Below, piece after piece: positions 56,601 through 64,000 of a stretch of 64,000 nt of DNA. Source of the stretch: an uncultured virus (IMG/VR IMGVR_UViG_2061766007_000075). Lineage: Duplodnaviria; Heunggongvirae; Uroviricota; Caudoviricetes. Numbering within the stretch: the stretch's first letter is position 1; every line of letters starts with the position of its first letter. Position numbers and translations under genes: made by a program. The notes under the pieces were generated by a model that was not told the origin of the DNA, did no database searches, and saw only the letters and a list, made by a program, of their open reading frames with translations. The stretch spans positions 1 to 64,000 of IMG/VR virus record IMGVR_UViG_2061766007_000075; one strand, given 5' to 3'.

Positions 56601-58349
56601 CAAGGCGATATCGAGACACTCTCCACACAGATGCGGTCAATTACGGACCTCGAAAGGGCTGTCCGCAAGGTGGGTGACTTGCTTTATCTCCGCAAAGATG
56701 GTGTAGATGAGGTGTCTTACTCCCCAACTCAGTTTGCAAGGACGATGTCGTCGCTCGATTTCCGCACTGGCGCGGTGGGTGGTGCGGGGTGGGCAGTCAG
56801 CACCGACGCTGAGGGGAAGGCTGTCGCGGAGTTTGACAAGGTGATCATACGAGACGAATTGCAAGTCAATAACCTTGTTGTAAACCAAGTATCTGCCGTT
56901 GGCGGATATGAGGTGATGTCGGCGGCAAGTATGATTGTATCTAAGGTCATTGCGATCCCGATGGGCGACGAAGAACCTTACACCGACTACGAGTGCCATT
57001 TCGACCAAAGGGACGGGACTGTAGGGAATCTTTTTGTCGTAGGCGATATCGCGAGGTCCGTCCGCTTTGACGCCGTCAATAACGAGACCTCAAACTATAG
57101 GATGAGGGTCATAGAGGTCGGAGATGATTATATTCGTCTCTCAGGTCAGTACCGTAGTGGTAACTCCGTCCCTCAAGTCGGCGATACTATAGTACAGTAC
57201 GGCAACTATACCGACGAGGATCGACAGAATGTTATCGTACGTTCCGTGATCGGCGACGGCTATGAAGAAATGTTTACGGGCCTTAACAGCGTCACGGCGA
57301 GTGGGTCTTCATATTATTATGCGGGCTCTCTCGACGGGCTCCCGACCTTCTGGATTGGCAACCAATCGTCCTATATCAATTATGCCTCGGGAGAGGTCAA
57401 TATTAAAGCAAGGGTCAACATCTTGCCTGGCTCACAAGGCGCGGACAATATTCTTTCTTGGGTATCGACAGATACTACTGGAGATGTAACCACCATTGCG
57501 GGTGGCGCGGTCTTATCTAATATAGTCGCGGTAGCAAGCGATGGCGAGATGGTCGCGGGGATGAGTTCGTCCTCGCAGTGGGCAGACCCGACTCACGGGA
57601 AGGTTACTTTCTTCTCGGGGACAGATGCTCAGACCGCCCCTGACGATGCCCCCCTGCAGATATACGAGGACGGACACATTAAGGCAACCTCGGCAGATAT
57701 TGAGGGTAAAATCCAGTCTTCGGAAGGCAAGGTCGGAGGATTTACTATTGGCGAGTTTTCGCTAGAAGCCAAACCGAACGACCCAGACGACCCGCGGGAA
57801 AGGAAGGCGCAACTTCGGCTTTCACGATATATGATTTCCTTCGAGGATAGTGATTTTGGGCAGCGCGCTTTTCTTGGGACAAATGTTATCCCCGAACCAG
57901 GTCCCGACGCGGGTGTTTTTCGCGCAGAAGTTAATCAGTCAAGCACCATTCAGGAGAACGCTAAAAACATTTGCGCGTACCTATCTGCGATGGGGACGAA
58001 TCGTAAGAACTATGCGGTTTATGCCCCCTATGGGATGTTCGCCGGCCTTCGCCCTGTCACACAAGCCGTGAGCGCCAATCGGTACCTTACGAGCACCGAT
58101 TTTTGGTTAATCGTGACAGCCCAATGCACGCTGACGCTCCCCGCCGCCCCTCAGGACGGACAGACCTACTTTATCATGGGGACAAGCGGCATGTACAGTA
58201 CCATGTCAACGATAAGCGGCAATACTAAGAATATTCTTAAGGTGAATTCTCTTGGGTCCGAATCGTCTTCGCAGGTGTTCGGCAAAGGTTTGTTTATCCT
58301 AGTCTTTGACGCTTCACAGGATAAATGGTTTATGGCTTCAATAACTTAA
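53631..58349 (+). CDS. Tail tip/baseplate hub protein
   Basis: About 1570 aa; ILGRGGEKNLP, SIEKYG, GDLFFFTNI and beta-rich C-terminal fibre motifs. Confidence 0.8.
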   Translation: MIPQISEINFPVDANGHQIATLSSATVSMSDMGDKNITASVKVDGGIKVPFEGSDGEPWQIEFRGERYIQPLLIPQASKGNDSLFQVFDLTFQHWAIYQMKRFFFCTLAPIESSTAIADKYIASLTVDLPDFAKAIDEMLEFYFPDRSVYVHVEDDSYINPLFDDYDKQRKTIEISYSYIWEVLQKTYELFDCHWEIRKDDNDNYAIWFGYPVEDGELTHVFQYGYEGGLMRIERQVQDDNIRNQILGRGGEKNLPYMYFKDYEKFHPNSTSSAYENIGDPDPDAIPELENVYFDHLRDSNFRSYIQGWKVNPHRQASTEDGWSVTWDENLEFLESDGTVYSFDAERAEEDWAYAKGASDETFDPVEYVKDDESIEKYGLLQAGLDDNEKVFPTIQGMTRALPCIIPNHGVDHTVVTRVDEVVDAEKVETDEIDTSDPMSKAVTEEGMASPRIDIPLASRDDHTINQHGIFHDLEIELTPTESDTIVELDDIAVREGYLGNILSEIAISVKASYNLRLRTGFYRDSAGSTTGLTTIYQRVTVEIPKENYTVTDFRFIEKSTGIEYTEGYTNIPAGVYKAVMTIHMTSATAVIYHKQDPDGRVTIPDGARAGSSMTAGFSFVFSWVKFNGMVVPNRNGIYHITVSATVSPNETAVVNVTGDTFTVPEGGALFIEVPVTADDKAWCGISHVDRLVNTATGQVVSSSNIPAGTYELHVEITFLNRDSANTHTFTATLGNAYVYFSTNAESWKPTFDIWIKNLFGTDRKAFPYGDAGDSQYVHSVWEKLQAAESQEMTVTFATGNLSGHSDWEFKVAKDGIFYDSSKSIIVLDDNGNEHEVQSEWRLRLIKSDAEAETIHKYVPYKDFDAHAGDLFFFTNIYLPWEYVFAAEQELNAVKTAELEKCKEILPTWVVRLDKVRVSEYDTNLINRIALGGRVKVKDGRFTEEAGVWLFVKSITITWPENYDSGIGLPDVDIVLSDEIETAVSTVERIQGDIETLSTQMRSITDLERAVRKVGDLLYLRKDGVDEVSYSPTQFARTMSSLDFRTGAVGGAGWAVSTDAEGKAVAEFDKVIIRDELQVNNLVVNQVSAVGGYEVMSAASMIVSKVIAIPMGDEEPYTDYECHFDQRDGTVGNLFVVGDIARSVRFDAVNNETSNYRMRVIEVGDDYIRLSGQYRSGNSVPQVGDTIVQYGNYTDEDRQNVIVRSVIGDGYEEMFTGLNSVTASGSSYYYAGSLDGLPTFWIGNQSSYINYASGEVNIKARVNILPGSQGADNILSWVSTDTTGDVTTIAGGAVLSNIVAVASDGEMVAGMSSSSQWADPTHGKVTFFSGTDAQTAPDDAPLQIYEDGHIKATSADIEGKIQSSEGKVGGFTIGEFSLEAKPNDPDDPRERKAQLRLSRYMISFEDSDFGQRAFLGTNVIPEPGPDAGVFRAEVNQSSTIQENAKNICAYLSAMGTNRKNYAVYAPYGMFAGLRPVTQAVSANRYLTSTDFWLIVTAQCTLTLPAAPQDGQTYFIMGTSGMYSTMSTISGNTKNILKVNSLGSESSSQVFGKGLFILVFDASQDKWFMASIT

Positions 58350-58361
58350 ACTCTGTAAGAT

Positions 58362-58949
58362 ATGCCTAGTAGCACATTAGACCCCGGCCACTGGAGAGGC
58401 GAGCCAGGAAAAGGTTCTCCAGACGGACGCTTCAAGGAATGGGCGTTTACGCACGACGTCGCATTGATTGCGACAGAGACACTAAACGCAAAGGGCATCA
58501 CCTGCACAAACATACACCCAAGCGGCGAGGATTACCTATCCTTGCCCAATAGGTGTAAGAAAATCAAGGAAATCACTAAGGTGCGCCCAGACAATATCAA
58601 CGTGGATATTCACGTCAACGCAGCAGGGATGGGCGACAAGTGGTATAGCGCACGTGGCTGTCAGGTTAACACGAAGTTGTCCCCCGATCCCGAGTCTATA
58701 CGGTTGGCAAACATTATATACGATGAGATGGTCGCCAAGGGGTTTAAGGTCCGGCCAGACAGCCCGACCAGACACTATCGTCCGAAGAATCTCGCGATGT
58801 GCCGGGATGCAGGCTGCCCGTCCGTGCTGATTGAATTCTTCTTCATGGACAATGAGCAGGACCTGGAGTACCTCTGCTCGGCTATGTCTATATACGAATG
58901 TGCCGAGGTTGTTTCGAATAGCATCTTGAAGTATTTCGGCAAGTTATGA
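58362..58949 (+). CDS. N-acetylmuramoyl-L-alanine amidase (Amidase_3 endolysin)
   Basis: LDPGH, E, DIHVNA, SVLIEFFFMDN. Confidence 0.92.
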   Translation: MPSSTLDPGHWRGEPGKGSPDGRFKEWAFTHDVALIATETLNAKGITCTNIHPSGEDYLSLPNRCKKIKEITKVRPDNINVDIHVNAAGMGDKWYSARGCQVNTKLSPDPESIRLANIIYDEMVAKGFKVRPDSPTRHYRPKNLAMCRDAGCPSVLIEFFFMDNEQDLEYLCSAMSIYECAEVVSNSILKYFGKL

Positions 58950-59458
58950 ACAAGACATCTATCATACTCGCCTGCATTCTTGCGGCAATACTCATCATCG
59001 GGGCTTTCGTCGGCGGATTTTTCGCTGGCAAGGGGAAGCGGCCCGATGTGCAGAGAGACACGGTGACGACTGTCGTTACAATCCGTGACACGCTTACCGT
59101 CTATGAGCCGAAAGAGGTCACAAAGACGGTTATCCGTAAAGAGTACATAGCGGTCACGGATACGGTTGTCGTGAATGATACGACATACATCGCCCTCCCC
59201 GTGGAGAGAAAGGAATACAGGGATTCTAACTACTATGCCGTGGTATCTGGTATCAACCCCTCGCTGGATGAGATTTCGGTATATCCAGAGACCAAGATTA
59301 TCACCAAGGAGGTGACGGTCTATGAGAAGAAGAAACCCACCCGTTTCGGTGTCGGACTGCAAGTGGGCTTCGGTGCGCAGTACGGCATAAGGTCAAAGCA
59401 ATTCGATGCCGGGCCGTATGTGGGCATCGGCATATCATATAACTTCGTAAGATTCTAA
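58946..59458 (+). CDS. Spanin-like membrane protein
   Basis: N-terminal TM, DT-rich stalk, C-terminal beta hairpin PYVGIGISYN; follows the endolysin. Confidence 0.65.
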   Translation: MNKTSIILACILAAILIIGAFVGGFFAGKGKRPDVQRDTVTTVVTIRDTLTVYEPKEVTKTVIRKEYIAVTDTVVVNDTTYIALPVERKEYRDSNYYAVVSGINPSLDEISVYPETKIITKEVTVYEKKKPTRFGVGLQVGFGAQYGIRSKQFDAGPYVGIGISYNFVRF

Positions 59459-59469
59459 TCTCTAATGCC

Positions 59470-59763
59470 ATGAACAGTTACACCATCACCGATTCCAATC
59501 TACAAATTGTGGATTCGTATCAAGTCAGCAAGAAGAAATTCGATCCGTTTCTCAACTCCGTCCAAGCCATACACGGCGACAGCAATGTATGGAAGCGCTC
59601 TCGTTGCTCCCTCAAACTCGAGTGGGCGACGCACAATGCCGCTTACGCAATGCACATTATGCGTAGCAGGACTAAGGATGTCGACCTTAATTACCCTCAG
59701 CCATTTTATATCCAAGCGGCATACACAATCGTGGGTGTTTTTGTTTGGGTTTTTATAAAATAG
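59470..59763 (+). CDS. Hypothetical protein with C-terminal TM segment
   Basis: EWATHNAAY...RTKDVDL motif. Confidence 0.7.
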   Translation: MNSYTITDSNLQIVDSYQVSKKKFDPFLNSVQAIHGDSNVWKRSRCSLKLEWATHNAAYAMHIMRSRTKDVDLNYPQPFYIQAAYTIVGVFVWVFIK

Positions 59764-59776
59764 TTTCGTATCTTTG
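59744..59776 (+). promoter_or_regulatory. Bacteroidetes promoter
   Basis: TTTG-N21-TATCTTTG. Confidence 0.65.
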
Positions 59777-59792
59777 CTGAAACTGATTCAAT

Positions 59793-60104
59793 ATGGCAGA
59801 AAGGAATTATTTACCGAACGACCTTAAGTACATTGTCGACATCAAGGCGGCGGGCTTTGATATGGACATCAACGAGTGGAGTGTCGGCGTAAAATGCGGT
59901 TCGAAAATCGTACATATATATACAAAGGATGAATGCATCCGCGACGATAACGGGAAGTGGTTTGTTTGCATCGAGAAGGAGGTCTTGAAAAAAGGGGACC
60001 TCTATCTGATTGGCTACGCGGAGGTCCCCGACTCGGATTTCCCCGACGGTTATCGCAGCGAATGCGATAGATCGCCGAAACTCGGCACATTGGAAGCGTT
60101 ATGA
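59793..60104 (+). CDS. Hypothetical protein (tail fibre-associated)
   Basis: VPDSDFPDGYRSE motif; upstream of the fibre gene. Confidence 0.7.
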   Translation: MAERNYLPNDLKYIVDIKAAGFDMDINEWSVGVKCGSKIVHIYTKDECIRDDNGKWFVCIEKEVLKKGDLYLIGYAEVPDSDFPDGYRSECDRSPKLGTLEAL

Positions 60105-60295
60105 GTTGTCTTTCCTTCGACGCCACCCGAATAGGGGGCACGAAAATTACCGCGACGAGGGTGCGCGATTTCAGCGCCACTTTCGCTTTGGTATGTGGGA
60201 CAAATCTCGCGGGCGAGTATCAACTCCTCTTCGCGAGCGATGGGCAGCTCTATACATCGGACGGCGGTTATATAATGGTAAAACGGAGGGCTTAA
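60101..60295 (+). CDS. Small hypothetical protein
   Basis: Coupled ORF. Confidence 0.6.
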   Translation: MSCLSFDATRIGGTKITATRVRDFSATFALVCGTNLAGEYQLLFASDGQLYTSDGGYIMVKRRA

Positions 60296-60296
60296 T

Positions 60297-63200
60297 ATGG
60301 CAGGAACAAAACTTACTCAGACGGGCGAACAAGTCCAATACTTACTCAACAATGCCATTCAGACAAAACTGTCTGAACTTGAAAACGACATGGGGTATAT
60401 TACCGAAGATGCCGTTGCTGAGGCATTAACGGGCAAGGCCGACAAGGGATTTGCGACCACGAATCAGTCTGTATATATTAAATACGGGGTATCGGACAAA
60501 TGTGCTTACATCGTCCGCATATCTTTTGATAGCCGCGCGATTGAAGACACTATTCTGTTATATCAGTCGGGGCTGACTGCTGACGGACCTCGCCTCTACA
60601 AACTCACCGACTCAGGCAAGGCTATTGAAGTCGACCTTATGGGTAAGATGTGGACAAGCGAGCGTTGGTGCCGTATCAGCTGCTTCGTAGTGGGATACAA
60701 GAGTATGAGACTCATTCCGCTGTATGACGAGACTGATATCGCCGACTCATTGCCCGACGGCGTAACCTATATTGAAGGATACCGAGTTTCACCCCTCCCG
60801 TTATACCAAGAGAGACTAGTAGATGGCGAGAACATAAAGACCATTGACGGGACCGCCATCCTTGGGGAAGGCAACCTCGCTCTGAGAGATGTGAAGTATG
60901 TCTCTCAGTCGCTGTCGGAAGAAGAGAAGGCTCAAGCGAGGACGAATATCGGGGCATCGTCAGCGAGCGATATCGAGACCATAAATGCCAAAATCCCTTC
61001 CGCCGCATCTCCCTCCAACCAGCTTGCGGACAAGGCTTATGTCAACGAGAAGATACAGACCGAGACGGCGACCTTCAAGGGATGCTATGATGATTGGGAG
61101 GACATACTCTACGGCGGTGTGACCGCTGATAATAATGACTATTTGGTATTGCTCGATGCAAGTGGGTATGCCCCCCTTGTGGATGGGAATGGTAGTTATT
61201 TTATCGATGAGGTTGTAACCGACCATAATACCTTGTACAAATGTATCGCTCCCGTCAACTACGAAGAGACTCCGGAAGCGCCCCTCCCTTATAATGATGA
61301 AGAGAATCTTCATTGGGAAGAGGCATCGAGCAATCCTAAGTACGAAGGCACTTGGCGTTTCAAGTATGCCGCAAACGGGGCGTACAATCCATACAACTGG
61401 CTCCCCGAATACCAGATTAACGAGGAGCCTTTGACGCAGGCGCAGCTCGATGCTCTGAACAGCGGCATAACTGCGAACAAGGTGAGCAAACTGGATGCGC
61501 TACCGACGAACTCCGAACTTGAGACGGCGCTCGGTGGCAAGGAGGACAAAACCAACAAGGTAAACACAATCGTCGGCAACGAATCCAATACAACGAAATA
61601 TGCCTCCACGAAAGCCGTTGCAGATGCTATCGCAAAAGTCAAGGCTTCCTACTGGGACGCATCTTCCGACAAAGACTTCACGATTCGGCTGGATGAGAGT
61701 GTCTCGACCCTCAGGCTCGATATTTTCGCGGAGACATCCGACCTCCCAGCAGAGAAAGGGAAGGCCATCATCATACTGAACACCACCGCCACCGCAAGCG
61801 AGGCGTCCGTAATTGAACTCGCGGGAACGAGCCTTTTGGGGTATCAGCTTGTCACATATAATGGGCACAAATACTTTTATCTCGATAGAAGAGGCGGTGC
61901 TGTGGTAGATGTTAACATAGACGTCTACGTTACCCTTCTCTCTGGCACCTTGCCGACAGTACATCTTTATGATGCGGATGTATTATATGATGGGGGAGCG
62001 ACCTTCACTGACTTCGCGGCGGTCACTCGATTCCAAGAGACCCTTGTCTCAGGCACGAACATCAAGACCATCAACGGTTCAACTATCCTCGGCAGCGGAA
62101 ACCTTGAGATAAACGGCGCGTTCAAGGCGGAGTACGGCACTACCACCTATGCCGAGGTGTCTGCCGCCTTCAACGCCGGCAAGGTCGTAACCATAGAGGT
62201 TGAATGGGCAAGTGGATATGAAACTCTTTACCTTACTTCATACAACGGGGATACCGGCCTGTTCTTCTTCTCCTCTCCCGTTGAGCAGGATATGATAAGG
62301 TCTTGCTATGTGGATGATGCGGATAATTGGAGCAGCATCTTCACCTTCGAGCCACAGATGTATGCCCTTGTCACCGCTCTCTCCAGTAGTTCCGATAATT
62401 CGCACTACCCTTCCGCGAAGGCCGTGTATGATGAGCTCGCTACGAAGGCGAGTGCTACCATAGAAACCTATATCCCCGCACAGGCATCGGCAAATAACCA
62501 GCTTGCGGACAAGAACTTCGTCAATAGCTCTATCCAGACCGCCACTGCGACCTTCAAGGGGAATTGGGAGACGTGGGCAGATGTGCCTACTGACTACACC
62601 GACTATCCCGACGAGACGAAACCCGACAACAACGACTATATGGTCGTGCGGGATGCGAGAGGCTATGCGCCTGCGTGGAGCGCTACAAAGACCTATGCGA
62701 GTGGCGACCTTGTTTGCTACGATGATCTTCTCTACAAGAGCCTTGAATCCCATCAGCATGGTAATCAGCCGGATGAAAGCCCTTCCTATTGGGAGATGGT
62801 TGATAGCAACCCCGCTTACGAAGGTACTTGGAGATTCAAGTACAACGGCTCTTGGGATGCTGACGGCAAGGAAGGCTGGCGCCCCGAATACCAGGTGAAC
62901 GAGAAACCCCTCACGGCGGCTCAACTCGCGGCCCTTAACTCCGGCATCACCGACACGAAGGTGGCGAAACTGGACGCCCTGCCCGCGACGATTCCGACGG
63001 AGGTATTCTGGTGTACCTATGGTACTACCACTTATGCTGAAATTACCGCTGCGATTAGTGCAGGCAAGGCAGTAATGCTTTTATACAATTCCAACCGACA
63101 GTTTACACTTGCAGGTCTTCACGCAGGATCATATGCGTTTAATGAAACCTCTGGAAGTACAATATATACCATAGAGTGCTCTACACAGTCTGCGTGGACA

Positions 63201-64000
63201 CACACAGGCGTAGCGTGGGAGAAAACATCCTACAAGAAGTCCTCTTGGTCGTCCGCCCCGAACAACACCAACTATCCCTCCGAGAAACTCGTCAAGGACA
63301 GCATCGACGCGGTGGCGGATGCGCTCGGCAAGATGGGTGTCATCTCGCAGGTGCAGACCTGGAGCGGGACGGGCAGTCAGCCTCGCACCTACACGATAGA
63401 TCCCGACTCCATTGTCCGTGGAATTATTCCGCAGGCGAACATAGACCTCTTTGAGAGCGCAGGAGCGGTGTTCAATGCAACGAGCGGATATTTTGAGCTG
63501 AACGGACTGACGGATATTTCATACGATGAAATGAAGGAGATTTATGGATATAAAGGTGCTTCCGATATGGCTGGGCAGGTCGGTAACAATACATTACGGA
63601 ATCTCCCTACTTGTCCGAGAACCCTTTTCCCCATAACGCAGAACGTGGCGGGGGCAAGCTATATAAACTTCCTGCGAGTTTGCACAACATCTTATAATCC
63701 ATCGCGGATAGAGTCGATATGTATAGGAAAGTCCTCATCTGATTTACTGATGGGGAATAATATGGAAAACCTTATATATAATTGCCAATATCTAAAATAC
63801 GTCGGAATTCAAGGGTCTCTTAATCCTACATCATCTGCTTCCGTCACTAACTTTGCGACGTCGTGCTATAATTTGGAGGAGATTAAGATAACAGGCTTGG
63901 CGAAAAACATAGGTTTCAACCAATCTTCCTTATTGTCTGCTGCCTCCGTTGCCTACATGATTACCAACGCCGGAACTGCGACCATCACCATCACCCTGCA
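60297..64000 (+). CDS. Tail fibre / receptor-binding protein (3' partial, over 1230 aa; missing from the ORF track)
   Basis: ATG 60297 (MAGTKLTQTGEQVQ); same frame reads AYMITNAGTATITITL at the window end; internal repeats and LRR-like C-terminal region. Confidence 0.8.
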   Translation, partial: MAGTKLTQTGEQVQYLLNNAIQTKLSELENDMGYITEDAVAEALTGKADKGFATTNQSVYIKYGVSDKCAYIVRISFDSRAIEDTILLYQSGLTADGPRLYKLTDSGKAIEVDLMGKMWTSERWCRISCFVVGYKSMRLIPLYDETDIADSLPDGVTYIEGYRVSPLPLYQERLVDGENIKTIDGTAILGEGNLALRDVKYVSQSLSEEEKAQARTNIGASSASDIETINAKIPSAASPSNQLADKAYVNEKIQTETATFKGCYDDWEDILYGGVTADNNDYLVLLDASGYAPLVDGNGSYFIDEVVTDHNTLYKCIAPVNYEETPEAPLPYNDEENLHWEEASSNPKYEGTWRFKYAANGAYNPYNWLPEYQINEEPLTQAQLDALNSGITANKVSKLDALPTNSELETALGGKEDKTNKVNTIVGNESNTTKYASTKAVADAIAKVKASYWDASSDKDFTIRLDESVSTLRLDIFAETSDLPAEKGKAIIILNTTATASEASVIELAGTSLLGYQLVTYNGHKYFYLDRRGGAVVDVNIDVYVTLLSGTLPTVHLYDADVLYDGGATFTDFAAVTRFQETLVSGTNIKTINGSTILGSGNLEINGAFKAEYGTTTYAEVSAAFNAGKVVTIEVEWASGYETLYLTSYNGDTGLFFFSSPVEQDMIRSCYVDDADNWSSIFTFEPQMYALVTALSSSSDNSHYPSAKAVYDELATKASATIETYIPAQASANNQLADKNFVNSSIQTATATFKGNWETWADVPTDYTDYPDETKPDNNDYMVVRDARGYAPAWSATKTYASGDLVCYDDLLYKSLESHQHGNQPDESPSYWEMVDSNPAYEGTWRFKYNGSWDADGKEGWRPEYQVNEKPLTAAQLAALNSGITDTKVAKLDALPATIPTEVFWCTYGTTTYAEITAAISAGKAVMLLYNSNRQFTLAGLHAGSYAFNETSGSTIYTIECSTQSAWTHTGVAWEKTSYKKSSWSSAPNNTNYPSEKLVKDSIDAVADALGKMGVISQVQTWSGTGSQPRTYTIDPDSIVRGIIPQANIDLFESAGAVFNATSGYFELNGLTDISYDEMKEIYGYKGASDMAGQVGNNTLRNLPTCPRTLFPITQNVAGASYINFLRVCTTSYNPSRIESICIGKSSSDLLMGNNMENLIYNCQYLKYVGIQGSLNPTSSASVTNFATSCYNLEEIKITGLAKNIGFNQSSLLSAASVAYMITNAGTATITITL

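Larger units (their letters stand above)
1..64000. mobile_element. Tailed phage/prophage genome segment (siphovirus-like, probable Bacteroidales host)
   Basis: Terminase-portal-capsid-tail-tape measure-endolysin gene order; Bacteroidetes-type TAnnTTTG promoters; no host housekeeping genes in the window. Confidence 0.95.

Noticed and set aside
60297..64000. Diversity-generating retroelement target
   Set aside because: No reverse transcriptase in the window and the internal repeats differ at all base types, not just adenines; cannot be excluded beyond the window end
1..64000. Stop-codon reassignment or crAss-like identity
   Set aside because: Genes are intact in code 11 and use TAA, TAG and TGA as stops; a long tape measure is present and no phage RNA or DNA polymerase was seen

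Overview
This 64-kb window is most of a long-tailed dsDNA (siphovirus-type) phage or prophage genome. The host is most likely Bacteroidales, inferred from TAnnTTTG promoters, A-rich translation starts and DUF3127/DUF6371-like genes. Layout: (i) 1-2.7 kb, a + strand six-gene cassette of unknown function ending at a bidirectional terminator. (ii) 2.9-20.1 kb, a leftward arm of about 45 short, mostly acidic hypothetical genes that includes an XRE regulator, a serine recombinase, and WYL_2-, NUMOD1- and SAM-lyase-like candidates. (iii) 20.1-21.1 kb, an AT-rich divergent region with iteron-like repeats (probable origin). (iv) 21.1-36.7 kb, rightward replication, recombination and modification genes: ASCH-like, HNH, ABC-ATPase-GNAT fusion, SF3 helicase, Toprim primase, PAPS-reductase-like, YqaJ nuclease, SF2 helicase, adenine MTase, pyrimidine-dimer glycosylase-like pair, VRR-NUC. 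(v) 36.7-64 kb, terminase, portal, capsid, tail, tape measure, hub, endolysin and a tail fibre running off the end. The most notable signals are non-coding: a 119-nt tRNA-like RNA with a 56-nt extended anticodon arm directly in front of the ABC-GNAT gene, a pseudoknot/terminator leader before the helicase, and T-loop minihelices in the early leader. Also notable are a Stealth-like transferase inside the tail operon and strong CCGG/CCWGG avoidance that reveals mosaic modules. All family calls come from motif recognition by eye; no searches were run.
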